From: an uncultured Clostridia bacterium
Lineage (GTDB): Bacteria; Bacillota; Clostridia; TANB77; CAG-508
Direction of reading: 5' to 3'
DNA length: 64,000 nt
NCBI GenBank assembly: GCA_934177725.1
Contig: CAKPPO010000006.1
Span: 3,045-67,044, forward strand
Position numbers and translations under genes: made by a program. A model generated the notes under the pieces. It saw nothing but the letters and a program-made list of their open reading frames with translations, had not been told where the DNA came from and ran no database searches. Below are positions 53,228 to 63,088 of the stretch, in pieces. The stretch's first letter is position 1, and every line of letters starts with the position of its first letter.

Positions 53228-56200
53228 ATGAAGAAAAAAATTATTGCAAGTTTATTAATTATAATATTTATGTGTACATATGTCCCAATAGGACTAATAG
53301 ATGAATTAATATCTAGTTATGCAATAACAGATTTTTGGGAGTATAATTTCACAGGTAATGTACAGACATGGACAGCTCCATATACAGGATATTACAGAAT
53401 AGATTGCTATGGTGCGCAAGGTGGAACTGGTGGTATAGATGGAAGTAGAAGTGGAGCATACGCAAATGCAGGAAGTAGAGGTACGCTAAGAGCAAGCGTA
53501 GTAAAACTTCAAAAGGGAACAAAGCTATCAGTTACAGTTGGAAATAAGCCAGCGAATGGATGGTCAGATATAGGAGAAGGGTCTACGAATGGAGAAACAT
53601 GGTATGTTAAAAAAACAGAATCAACAGGAGGATATCAAACTTACTTAGAACAACAATGTGTAGATAGACATGGAGAAGGAAGTCAAGGAAGATATAGAGG
53701 TTATCCAGATGGGGCTTATGGAGGAGAAAAACAAATATTTTGTGATAGTGTAGGATCTCACTCAGGAGGCGCTGTTGGTGGCGGCGGCGGTGGAAGTAGC
53801 TTTGTTTCATATAATGGTACAAAGATAATTTCAGCTAAAGGTGGAAACGGAGGTACAGCTCATTTTGTAGCCGAAGATGGATCTGGAACTGCTGAAGGAG
53901 GAGCCGGAGGAGGAGTAACAACACTAAATAATGTTGCAAATTTAGTAATATGGGATACAAATCAACTAAACACTACAACTGGAGGTGCAAGAAGTGGTAA
54001 TGGTTATATAGCAATAAGATTACTTACTCCTTATCCAGATGTTTCTATAAAAGCTAATACAACAGATATCACAAGAGAAAATGTACTTCTTACAGCTACT
54101 GCAAGTGATCCTAAAGCAGGTCTTCCACAAGAACCATATTCTTGGGAATCAACTGACAGAACTGCACAAAATACTTATGAAGTATCTCATAATGGTACTT
54201 ACACTGTAAATGTTATAAACAACGAAGGTAATTCTTCTGATGCTTCTATCACTATAAACAATATTGATAAACTAAGCCCTAATATAACTAACATTTCTCA
54301 ACAGGTTTCAGAAGATTATAAAAAAGCAACTATAACTGTTACTGCAATTGATGAACAAACTGCTCAATTTACTACATCTGGAATATCAGGCTATGCTTTA
54401 ACAAAGTCTACTCAAATACCTTCCGATTTCCAAGAATCTAATATTTTTACAGTAACAGAAAACGGTACATATTATGCTTGGGCTAAAGATGGTGTCGGCA
54501 ACATATCTCAAATAGATACTTCTGAAACTTCAAAAAACTCTATCTTAGTAAAAGACCTTGAAATAGAAATATTAGGCAACATACAATGGAATGACCAAGA
54601 TAATAAATACAACTCAAGAAAATCAGCAGAACTAAAATTATATAAAAAATTGGAAAATCAACAAGAAACTTTAGTCGATACTCTAAATATAACTGAAGGA
54701 CAAACTAATTATAGTTTCAAAACTAGACAAAGAGATGATGATGGAAATATATACTCTTTTAGAGTAGAACAAACAACTTTAGATGGCTATGAAACTATCT
54801 ATACGGAAACAGAAAACAACTCTAAAAATATTAAAATAAAAATAGATAACAACTTGATTTTACCAGAATATAATACTCAAATTTTAATAGAACCTATAAA
54901 TAGTTTAGAAAATAAACTTCTAAAAGATGTAGATGTAAAAATAACAGCTAAAATAGAAGAAACAACTCAAAGTAGAGAACAGGTAGGTGCTCACAATGGT
55001 ATTGCTACTTTTAAAATAGATTCAAAATTTATACTTGATAAAAATAGCATAAACGTAATTTTCGAAGATGCAAGTGGTAAAAAAACAAAAATAGAAGATT
55101 ATACTTTAAGACTAAACACAATAACTACATATGTTGGTAAAACAGAACAACAGGCTATAATGACACCAGGAACTAAAATAATAATAGAAGTAAATGGAAA
55201 AGTTGGCCAAATAGGTCAATATCAAAACAACTTAACATATACAGGAAGTTTAAGAGACTATAGAGGTAAAAATACAGATATAGACCTAGAAACAATATCT
55301 TATATAGAAAATAACCAAAACATAGAATATCAAATACCAACAGCTAATATAAAAATAAAAAATGTAGATAGCATAACAGAAAAAATTTTAACAGATGCTA
55401 CATTTACATTATATGAGTGGAATGGAACAGAATATGTAAAAAAAGAAACTATAACAGACGATAATCATGATGGTATATATGAATCAAATGTATATGTATG
55501 GACACCTCAAACACAAGGAAAATATAAAATAGTAGAAGAAGGAATACCAACATATCACAAAGATTTAAACTTTTCTATGGAATATTCATTAACAGAATTA
55601 AAACAACAAAATTATACTGTAACAGTAGATTATGATAATAGAGGCTATAATATAAAATATGGAAAAAGAAATCCAGATGATTTTGACTCTATAAATGGAG
55701 TTGTTGAAAATGAACCATTAAAATTAAAAGCTCAAATAGAAAAAATAGACGAAGAAACACAAGAAATAATACAGAATGAAACAGAATTTACAATATATGA
55801 ATGGAATAATACAGCAAATCAATATAAAGAATATATTAGCTACACAAATGGACAAAAAGTGAAAATGCTAAGACAAGAAGATAAAAAATATATAACAGAT
55901 CAATGGCTATATTATACTGAAACAAATGAGGGAAAATATCGCATAGTAGAAACAAAAGCACCAGAAGGATATACTGCAAACTATGATGAAAACAAACAAA
56001 AAATAGTATATGATATAGACTTAATAAATATAATTCAATCTGGTAATTACAATAACCAAACAGTAGAAAACGAGAGTACTTTAAAAATAGGAAATAATAT
56101 CGACAATAAAATGACTAATAAAAGAGTACAGGGAACTTTAAATATTAATGTAATAGATAATCAGACAAAAGGAAAACAACAAGCAGATGCAACCTTAAAT

Positions 56201-59200
56201 GAAACAAAATTTGGATTATATGCATTAGAAGATATTAAACATAGTGATGGTAAAACAACAAATTATATTGGAGAAAACGGAATATTATACAAAAAAGATC
56301 AACTTATAGAATTACTATATACTAATGAAGAAGGAAAAGTAACAATACAAAACTTGGAGTGTGGAAAATATTATGTAAAAATGTTAGAAGCACCAAAGGG
56401 ATATAACTTAGATAACGCAACTTATGAAATAGATTTTTCATATCAAGGAGAAGATAAAGAAACGTTAGAAATAACAAAAACAATAGAAATAAACGTAAAA
56501 AAACAAGCATTTCAATTATATAAACTAAAGGAAAATCAAGAAGTTCTAGCGAATGCAGGATTTAGTATATATTTAATACCAAACTTAAGTATAGTAAAAG
56601 AAAATAAAATAACAAGAGTTACAAAAGATACATATATATTAAATGATGAAGAAGCAAAAGCAAGTCAAAGATTAGAAGGAAAACAAAATAGTGATGGAAC
56701 ATACTTCTTAACAGATTTGATAGAATACTATTATGCAATATATTATACAGAAGAAACAAGAAATGCTTTGCCAGGAGAAGAAAAAGTATATCATCCATAT
56801 GATATGAAAAATGAACAATTAGTATTAAATTATGAAAGTTCAAATCAAGGTACACCTATAGAAGAAATAAGAACAGATAATAAAGGATACTTAAAAAGTC
56901 CTGAATTAGCATATGGAGAATATATAGTAATAGAAACAAGTGTACCAAGAGAATATGAAGTTGCAAGTAGTTTTATAGTAAAAATAGAAGAAGATAGTAG
57001 AGAAACACAAAAATTAAGATTTATTACAGATAAGGATTTTGAAACTAGAGTAAAAGTATATGTTAAAGATAGTAAAACAAATATACCAATAATAAATAAA
57101 GAAGCATATTTTACAATAAAAAATGAAGAAACAGGAAAATATGTTACAAGAATACAATGGAATGGAAGTAAATTTGTAGAATATGGTATGCCAGAAAACC
57201 CACTAAAGGTAGGAAATGATGGTTATATAATAACACCTATGAAATTACCAGTAGGTAAATATGTATTAGAACAAATTCAAGCACCAGAAGGATATGTAGT
57301 AAATGGAAAAGAAGGATATGAAGAAGATGGACAAATAATATATACTCCAAAACAAAAAATAGTGTTTGAAATAAAGAGTAATACAGCATATTATATGGAT
57401 GAACTATTAGGAAGATATATAATAGTAGTAAATCAAGAAAATGGTGAAGTAACAGGAAATATAAAAATAAATACAGTAGGTGAATATCTAAATAAAGTAG
57501 AAGAAAAAGAAGAAAAATATGAATTTTCATATGAAGAGAGACCAGTAGAAAATGTAGAATGTAGTTTGTTTGCAAAAGAAGACATATATAAACAATATGA
57601 TAATAAACAAATAGAATATAGAAAAGATGAAAAAGTAGCAACAATATTGACTAATGCAGAAGGAAAGGCAGAAATAAAAAATGTACCAATAGGAAAGTAT
57701 TATATAAAACAAACAGGAATAGTTAGTGGATTTGCACAAAGAGAAGAAATACAAGAAATAGAGATAAATTATGAAGGACAAGAAGTACCAGTAGTATTTA
57801 AAAATGTGGAGACACAAGAACAAAGACAAAAAATAAATATAGTAATTCATAATATAGATAAAGAAACAAAAGAGAAAATATCAGGTGGAGAATATGCGTT
57901 GTATACAAAAGATACAATAAATTATAAATCATCAGAAGGAGAAGCAAAGAAGATAGAAGCAGATACACTAATAGCTAAAGTAAAAGCAACAGAAAGTGGA
58001 GATATAAGCTACGAAGGAAACGATATACCATTAGGAAATTACTATGTTAAGGAAAAAACAGAACCATATGGATATAAAAAGACAGAAGAAATAATAGAAA
58101 TAAGAATGCCAAGTACACAAGAAAAAGAAATAAAAATAGAAATGACACAAGAAAAAACAAAGACACCAACAAAAGTAAATTTTGTATTTAAATATGGAGA
58201 AGAAGAAGTAAAAGACATAGAATTTACAATAAAAAATAAAGAAGGAAAAGAAGTAGCAAGTACAAGAGAAGAAGAAGGAATCAAAAGAATAGAGAAAAGA
58301 GAAACAGGCTATTATGTAGAAGACATAAAAGCAGGGGAATATGAAATAGAGGAAGAGAAAGTACCAAATGAACAAGGGTATGTAAAAATAGAAAAGCAAG
58401 AAATACAAATAAAAAATGTAGAAGAGAAACAAGAGATAGAAATAGAGCAAGAAGTAAGCAAAGTAATGCTTAAAATAATAGATGAAGAAACAAAAGAAAA
58501 ATTAAAAGGAGTAGAAATAAAAATAAAAGATAAAGAAGGAAAGGAAGTAGAAGAAAAGGAAGGAAAAATAAAAATAGAAGAAAGAGAAGAAGGATACTAT
58601 ATAGAAAAATTAGCATTAGAAGGCTATAAAATAACAATAAATAAAGGAGGATATAAAGATAAAGAAGATAAAGAAGTAAAACTAAAAGATAGTATAGAGA
58701 TACAAGAGTACGAAGAAAGTATGAGAAAAGAGAAATATGAAGTATCAATAGAAAAGAACTTAAAGAAAGTAATAATAAATGGAGAAGAGACAGAAATAGA
58801 GACAAAAGAGATGATAAAGATAGAGGTAAGAGAAAGAAAGATAGAAACAGAGGAGATAGAGCTAGAATATGAAATAATAGTAAAGAATGAAGGAGAGACA
58901 GAAGCGACAATAGAAGAGATAAAAGACACAATACCTAAAGGACTAAAATATGAAGGCGGAGGAGAATGGAAAGTAGAGAATAACATAGCGAAATACGAGA
59001 AAAAAGAGACAATAAAAGCAGGAGAGAGCAAGAAGATAAAGATGAGAGTAAAATGGGAGAATAGTAGGACAAATTTTGGAGAGAAGAAAAATGAAGTAGA
59101 GATAGTAAAAAGTAGTAATGCATATGGATATAAAGAGGAAGAAGAGAAAAATAATAAAGCGACAGAAAGTACAATAATAGCATTAAAGACAGGAGAGGAA

Positions 59201-59311
59201 GAGAAAATAAAAATAATACAGATAATAGTAGTAACGCTAACAGGAAGTATGACAATATGTTTACTAGCAGGAATAGAGATAATGATATTAGAAAGAAGAA
59301 ATAGAAGATAG
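53228..59311 (+). CDS. Giant cell-surface protein (~2027 aa). Signal peptide, N-terminal glycine-rich domain, multiple Cna-B/SpaA-type repeats, a K/E-rich low-complexity region, a DUF11-like domain, and a C-terminal membrane anchor with a basic tail
   Basis: ATG at 53228 after AAGGTGA. WTAPYTGYYRIDCYGAQGGTGG glycine-rich domain. Repeated G(K/E)Y.i.E...P.GY motifs. DUF11-like YEIIVKNEGETEATIEEIKDTIPKGLKY. The C-terminus reads ...ALKTGEEEKIKIIQIIVVTLTGSMTICLLAGIEIMILERRNRR. Confidence 0.8.
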   Translation: MKKKIIASLLIIIFMCTYVPIGLIDELISSYAITDFWEYNFTGNVQTWTAPYTGYYRIDCYGAQGGTGGIDGSRSGAYANAGSRGTLRASVVKLQKGTKLSVTVGNKPANGWSDIGEGSTNGETWYVKKTESTGGYQTYLEQQCVDRHGEGSQGRYRGYPDGAYGGEKQIFCDSVGSHSGGAVGGGGGGSSFVSYNGTKIISAKGGNGGTAHFVAEDGSGTAEGGAGGGVTTLNNVANLVIWDTNQLNTTTGGARSGNGYIAIRLLTPYPDVSIKANTTDITRENVLLTATASDPKAGLPQEPYSWESTDRTAQNTYEVSHNGTYTVNVINNEGNSSDASITINNIDKLSPNITNISQQVSEDYKKATITVTAIDEQTAQFTTSGISGYALTKSTQIPSDFQESNIFTVTENGTYYAWAKDGVGNISQIDTSETSKNSILVKDLEIEILGNIQWNDQDNKYNSRKSAELKLYKKLENQQETLVDTLNITEGQTNYSFKTRQRDDDGNIYSFRVEQTTLDGYETIYTETENNSKNIKIKIDNNLILPEYNTQILIEPINSLENKLLKDVDVKITAKIEETTQSREQVGAHNGIATFKIDSKFILDKNSINVIFEDASGKKTKIEDYTLRLNTITTYVGKTEQQAIMTPGTKIIIEVNGKVGQIGQYQNNLTYTGSLRDYRGKNTDIDLETISYIENNQNIEYQIPTANIKIKNVDSITEKILTDATFTLYEWNGTEYVKKETITDDNHDGIYESNVYVWTPQTQGKYKIVEEGIPTYHKDLNFSMEYSLTELKQQNYTVTVDYDNRGYNIKYGKRNPDDFDSINGVVENEPLKLKAQIEKIDEETQEIIQNETEFTIYEWNNTANQYKEYISYTNGQKVKMLRQEDKKYITDQWLYYTETNEGKYRIVETKAPEGYTANYDENKQKIVYDIDLINIIQSGNYNNQTVENESTLKIGNNIDNKMTNKRVQGTLNINVIDNQTKGKQQADATLNETKFGLYALEDIKHSDGKTTNYIGENGILYKKDQLIELLYTNEEGKVTIQNLECGKYYVKMLEAPKGYNLDNATYEIDFSYQGEDKETLEITKTIEINVKKQAFQLYKLKENQEVLANAGFSIYLIPNLSIVKENKITRVTKDTYILNDEEAKASQRLEGKQNSDGTYFLTDLIEYYYAIYYTEETRNALPGEEKVYHPYDMKNEQLVLNYESSNQGTPIEEIRTDNKGYLKSPELAYGEYIVIETSVPREYEVASSFIVKIEEDSRETQKLRFITDKDFETRVKVYVKDSKTNIPIINKEAYFTIKNEETGKYVTRIQWNGSKFVEYGMPENPLKVGNDGYIITPMKLPVGKYVLEQIQAPEGYVVNGKEGYEEDGQIIYTPKQKIVFEIKSNTAYYMDELLGRYIIVVNQENGEVTGNIKINTVGEYLNKVEEKEEKYEFSYEERPVENVECSLFAKEDIYKQYDNKQIEYRKDEKVATILTNAEGKAEIKNVPIGKYYIKQTGIVSGFAQREEIQEIEINYEGQEVPVVFKNVETQEQRQKINIVIHNIDKETKEKISGGEYALYTKDTINYKSSEGEAKKIEADTLIAKVKATESGDISYEGNDIPLGNYYVKEKTEPYGYKKTEEIIEIRMPSTQEKEIKIEMTQEKTKTPTKVNFVFKYGEEEVKDIEFTIKNKEGKEVASTREEEGIKRIEKRETGYYVEDIKAGEYEIEEEKVPNEQGYVKIEKQEIQIKNVEEKQEIEIEQEVSKVMLKIIDEETKEKLKGVEIKIKDKEGKEVEEKEGKIKIEEREEGYYIEKLALEGYKITINKGGYKDKEDKEVKLKDSIEIQEYEESMRKEKYEVSIEKNLKKVIINGEETEIETKEMIKIEVRERKIETEEIELEYEIIVKNEGETEATIEEIKDTIPKGLKYEGGGEWKVENNIAKYEKKETIKAGESKKIKMRVKWENSRTNFGEKKNEVEIVKSSNAYGYKEEEEKNNKATESTIIALKTGEEEKIKIIQIIVVTLTGSMTICLLAGIEIMILERRNRR

Positions 59312-59319
59312 TAAAGAAA

Positions 59320-59360
59320 AGGTTACTCATTAAGTATAATTATCTTTTATGAGTAACCAT
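59320..59360. terminator. Bidirectional terminator hairpin
   Basis: ggttactcat-(18 nt)-atgagtaacc; a T-run follows on the minus strand. Confidence 0.45.
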
Positions 59361-59550
59361 CCTCCTTATTACATGGAGGATTTACAGATAATGCTGCTAA
59401 GCTATCTCCAATAATTGTAAAAAAGCCGGCATATGCCACTAGCTCATCTGAAGTTAAACCTTGTGAAATAGTAATTGCAATAATATTTGCGAGAGTTACT
59501 AACTCACAACCATTTAAATTATTTATATCAAACATAAACTCACCTAACAT
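59347..59550 (-). CDS. Small acidic and hydrophobic protein, 67 aa, hypothetical
   Basis: The ORF ends with an internal AAGGAGGA and has its own downstream hairpin plus T-run. No convincing RBS at the annotated ATG. No family recognised. Confidence 0.3.
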   Translation of the reverse strand: MLGEFMFDINNLNGCELVTLANIIAITISQGLTSDELVAYAGFFTIIGDSLAALSVNPPCNKEDGYS

Positions 59551-59581
59551 ATTATATTAGGTGAGTTTGTACTTAGTGAAA

Positions 59582-59620
59582 AAGTTGCAATTAGGGACAG
59601 TCTCCAATTGCAACTTTTTT
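59582..59620 (+). terminator. Rho-independent terminator-like hairpin
   Basis: agttgcaatt-agggacagtctcc-aattgcaact followed by TTTTTT. Confidence 0.45.
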
Positions 59621-59792
59621 GATTTGAAATAAAATTAAAAATAAGTATAAAAGATAAAAACTCTTTGTGAAAGTTATGTGAAATATATTGATAAAAAAAA
59701 GTTGTAATGGTAATATGTTAAAATAAAACTAGAAACTTTACGGAATAGCGACTTCTAAGAAAAATGTCGATTTTTGAAAAGGAGGAATAAAA

Positions 59793-60758
59793 TTGATAGA
59801 AGTAAAGAATGTGACTAAAAAGTATGGAGATTTTATAGCTGTTGACAATATTAGTTTTACTATAAACGATGGAGAAGTAATAGGCTTTTTAGGGCCAAAT
59901 GGTGCAGGTAAAAGCACAACTATGAATATGATAACAGGGTTTATTGAACCAACAGAAGGAAATATTATAGTTAATGGTTTTGATATTATGAAGAAAGCCA
60001 AAAAAGCTAAAAAACAAATAGGATATATGCCAGAAAATGTTCCTCTATATACAGAATTGACTGTAAAAGAATTTGTTTCTTATATGTCAGAATTAAAATT
60101 AGTAGAAAAAAAGAAAAGAAAACAAGAAATAGAAAAAGTAATAAGAGAAACTGGATTAGAAGAAGTAGAAAATAAATTAATACGAAACTTGTCTAGAGGA
60201 TATAAGCAAAGAGTAGGATTAGCAGGTGCTTTAGTAGGAAATCCAGAAGTTTTAATATTAGATGAACCAACTGTAGGATTAGATCCAAAACAAATTATAG
60301 AAATTAGAAATTTGATTAAAAACTTAGGTAAAAATCACACAGTAATATTAAGTTCTCACATCTTATCTGAAATAGGTCAAATATGTAAAAAGGTTATTAT
60401 TTTAAATAAAGGAAAAATTGTAGCAATAGATACACCAGAAAATTTGGAAGATAAAACAAAGGAAAAAAATATACTATATGTCACTGTTGAAGATAAAGAA
60501 GAAAAAATGTTAAAAATGAAAGAAAAAATAAAAGACATTGAGACATTAGAAATGATTAAGAACAATGAAGATGGAACAAAGCAATATAAAATAACATCGC
60601 AAGCTGAAAAAGATATAAGAAAAAAATTATTTGAAATTTTGCCAAAAGAAGGAATTACGATTTTTGAACTAAAAAAGGCAGAAATAAGTTTAGAGGATGC
60701 ATTTATAAAACTAGTAGACAAAGCTACGAGTAAAAGAGAAAAAGGAGGTAATAAATAA
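59793..60758 (+). CDS. ABC transporter ATP-binding protein (ABC-2 type)
   Basis: Walker A GPNGAGKST, signature LSRGYKQR, Walker B ILDEPT. TTG start after GGAGGA. Confidence 0.85.
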   Translation: MIEVKNVTKKYGDFIAVDNISFTINDGEVIGFLGPNGAGKSTTMNMITGFIEPTEGNIIVNGFDIMKKAKKAKKQIGYMPENVPLYTELTVKEFVSYMSELKLVEKKKRKQEIEKVIRETGLEEVENKLIRNLSRGYKQRVGLAGALVGNPEVLILDEPTVGLDPKQIIEIRNLIKNLGKNHTVILSSHILSEIGQICKKVIILNKGKIVAIDTPENLEDKTKEKNILYVTVEDKEEKMLKMKEKIKDIETLEMIKNNEDGTKQYKITSQAEKDIRKKLFEILPKEGITIFELKKAEISLEDAFIKLVDKATSKREKGGNK

Positions 60759-61441
60759 TGTGGGCAGTTATAAAAAAAGAATTTAAGTCTTATTTTTTAT
60801 CACCTATAGGATATGTAGTAGTAGGGATATTATTATTTGTATCTAGTGTTTTCTTTTATATTATAAGTATACAAACAGGTTCAGTAGATTTAAGTTCATT
60901 ATATTACTATATGGCAATATATGGACTTATTATAGGAATACCAATATTGACAATGAGAATGTTTTCAGAAGAAAGAAAAAATGGAACAGAACAATTAATA
61001 TTAACAACACCTATTAGTATAACAAAAGTAGTTTTAGGAAAGTTGATTGCAGCTTTAGGTGTTATAATAATTACATTAATAATTTCTTTGGGATATTATG
61101 CAATAGTAAGTAGTTTTGCAAATACAAATATAATTCCAGTTATAACGGCTATGGTAGGATTTATTTTAGTAAGTGCAGCAGCAATATCAGTGGGAATGTT
61201 TGCTTCAAGCATTACAGAAAATCAAGTGATTTCAGCTATAATTACAATTGCTTTTTTATTAATGTCAATATTTATGGAAAATATAAATGAAATATTTTCA
61301 AATATATCTATAGTACATTTTTATGAAAAATTTCCATCAGGAGTTATTTCATGGACAGAAGTTACAGGATTAATATCTTTTTCTATAGTATTTATTCTAT
61401 TAACAATTCTTGTGATGCAAAGAAGAAAAACTGTTAAATAA
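60758..61441 (+). CDS. ABC-2 family transporter permease
   Basis: Six predicted TM helices; start overlaps the ATPase stop. Confidence 0.75.
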   Translation: MWAVIKKEFKSYFLSPIGYVVVGILLFVSSVFFYIISIQTGSVDLSSLYYYMAIYGLIIGIPILTMRMFSEERKNGTEQLILTTPISITKVVLGKLIAALGVIIITLIISLGYYAIVSSFANTNIIPVITAMVGFILVSAAAISVGMFASSITENQVISAIITIAFLLMSIFMENINEIFSNISIVHFYEKFPSGVISWTEVTGLISFSIVFILLTILVMQRRKTVK

Positions 61442-61467
61442 GAAAAAATATAGAAAGGAGTTTTAAA

Positions 61468-62913
61468 GTGAAAAAAATCGAAATTATTAAGAAGAAGTGG
61501 TTAAAAGATACATTTTTAACAATATTACTAGTAGTTATAATTTTTACAATGTATTTTTTCATTAATTATGGAATAAAGAAATTAAATTTAGAAGATATAG
61601 ATCTTACAACAGATAAAATTTATTCAATATCAGATGATACTACTGAAAAATTAGAAGATTTAGATGAGGATGTTAAAATAATATTAATAAATATGAGTGA
61701 CTATGCATACTTAACAGACTTTACAAATAAATATACACAATTGAATTCTCATATAAAAGTTGAAAAAATAGATGATTTAACTCAAAGACCTGATATAATG
61801 AGTGAATACGAAATAGAAGCAACAGAAAATTTAATAATTGTAGAATCAGATAAGGCTGAAACTTATATTTCATTAAATGATTTGTATACGTATGACTATA
61901 CAACAGGAGAACAGATAGATACAACAGAGGAGCAAATTACCAATGCTATAATTGAAGTTACATTAGAAGATAAGCCTTTAGTTTATTTTCTAGAAGGGCA
62001 TAATTATTATGACGATAGCTATTTTCAATTAGTAAAACAAGATATAACTTCAGAATCAAATGAAATTGAAAACTTAAATATCTTAACTAAAGGAAGTATA
62101 CCAGAGGATTGCAGTTGCCTATTAATTACAACTTTAAAAGAAGATATAACAGAAATGGAAAAAGATGCAATAATTGATTACAGTAGTAAGGGTGGAAAAA
62201 TTTTACTACTAGCAAATGGAAACATATCAGGAATAAATACACCAAATTTTGACGAAATCTTAAACTTATACGGATTTAATCTTTCTACTGGAATATTGAT
62301 GGAGCAAGATTCAGACAAAATGTTATATAATTCTCCAGAGTTTATACTTTCAACGGTAGACAGTAGTATCTTAAGTAAGAATACAAAAATGAATATGAAT
62401 TTATGTTTAATAGGTGCTAGTCAAATAAAATTTAAAGACGAAGCCGATCTAGAGAATTTGGGAATAACATATTCGACTATAGCAGAGACAAGTAGCGAGG
62501 CATTTTTAAGAAATAACTTTAATATAACAAGTTCATCAAAAACAAATCAAGATATAGATGCAGGAGATAGTATAGTAGGTGCGCTTGTGACAAGAAGTTT
62601 AGAAGATGGAAATAGTGCAGAAATGATAGTTTACTCAAATGCTATATTTGCAACAAATCAAAAAGTAAATATTGGCAATAATTATGCAATGTATGCAAAT
62701 AAACTTTGTAATAATGATGATATTGTAAACGTCTCAATATCATATTTAACAAAGAGAACAGATACAATTACAATTAGAAAAGATTCAGATAGTGTAAGTT
62801 ACACAGTAACACAAAAAGAACATAATGTAATAGTAGGAATAATATTCTTAGTACCAGCATTGATTATAATTTGTGGAATTATTGTATGGCAAATACGTAG
62901 AAGAAAAAAATAG
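61468..62913 (+). CDS. GldG-like ABC-transporter auxiliary protein (N- and C-terminal TM anchors)
   Basis: GTG start after AAAGGAG. Large extracytoplasmic domain between two TM helices, typical of the ABC_transp_aux/GldG family in ABC-2 operons. Confidence 0.6.
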   Translation: MKKIEIIKKKWLKDTFLTILLVVIIFTMYFFINYGIKKLNLEDIDLTTDKIYSISDDTTEKLEDLDEDVKIILINMSDYAYLTDFTNKYTQLNSHIKVEKIDDLTQRPDIMSEYEIEATENLIIVESDKAETYISLNDLYTYDYTTGEQIDTTEEQITNAIIEVTLEDKPLVYFLEGHNYYDDSYFQLVKQDITSESNEIENLNILTKGSIPEDCSCLLITTLKEDITEMEKDAIIDYSSKGGKILLLANGNISGINTPNFDEILNLYGFNLSTGILMEQDSDKMLYNSPEFILSTVDSSILSKNTKMNMNLCLIGASQIKFKDEADLENLGITYSTIAETSSEAFLRNNFNITSSSKTNQDIDAGDSIVGALVTRSLEDGNSAEMIVYSNAIFATNQKVNIGNNYAMYANKLCNNDDIVNVSISYLTKRTDTITIRKDSDSVSYTVTQKEHNVIVGIIFLVPALIIICGIIVWQIRRRKK

Positions 62914-62921
62914 AATAAAAC

Positions 62922-62957
62922 AAAAAATCTCTCATAAAATTGAATGAGAGATTTTTT
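62922..62957 (+). terminator. Rho-independent terminator after the GldG-like gene
   Basis: aaaaatctctcat-aaaattga-atgagagatttttt. Confidence 0.6.
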
Positions 62958-63066
62958 ATATTCTAGGAAAGTTATCATAGTATGATAACTTTCTGTAGAA
63001 GATAAATATGGCAGAAATTAGATTTTGTAGCAGTTTGCACTGCGTACAAAATCTTAATTCTAGTTT
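62952..63066 (+). repeat. Copy B of the ~100-nt structured intergenic repeat
   Basis: Matches 17612-17713. Contains a perfect 13-bp palindrome gaaagttatcata-g-tatgataactttc and the hairpin GATTTTGTAgcagtttgcactgcgTACAAAATC. Confidence 0.6.
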
Positions 63067-63088
63067 TTTATATAGTAGGAGAAATAAC

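Noticed and set aside
57237-59330. Several minus-strand poly-Leu/Phe ORFs and a purine-rich composition island
   Set aside because: They are antisense to the K/E-rich part of the giant surface-protein gene. The purine bias comes from AAA/GAA/AAG/GAG codons in one continuous in-frame CDS, not a foreign insert.
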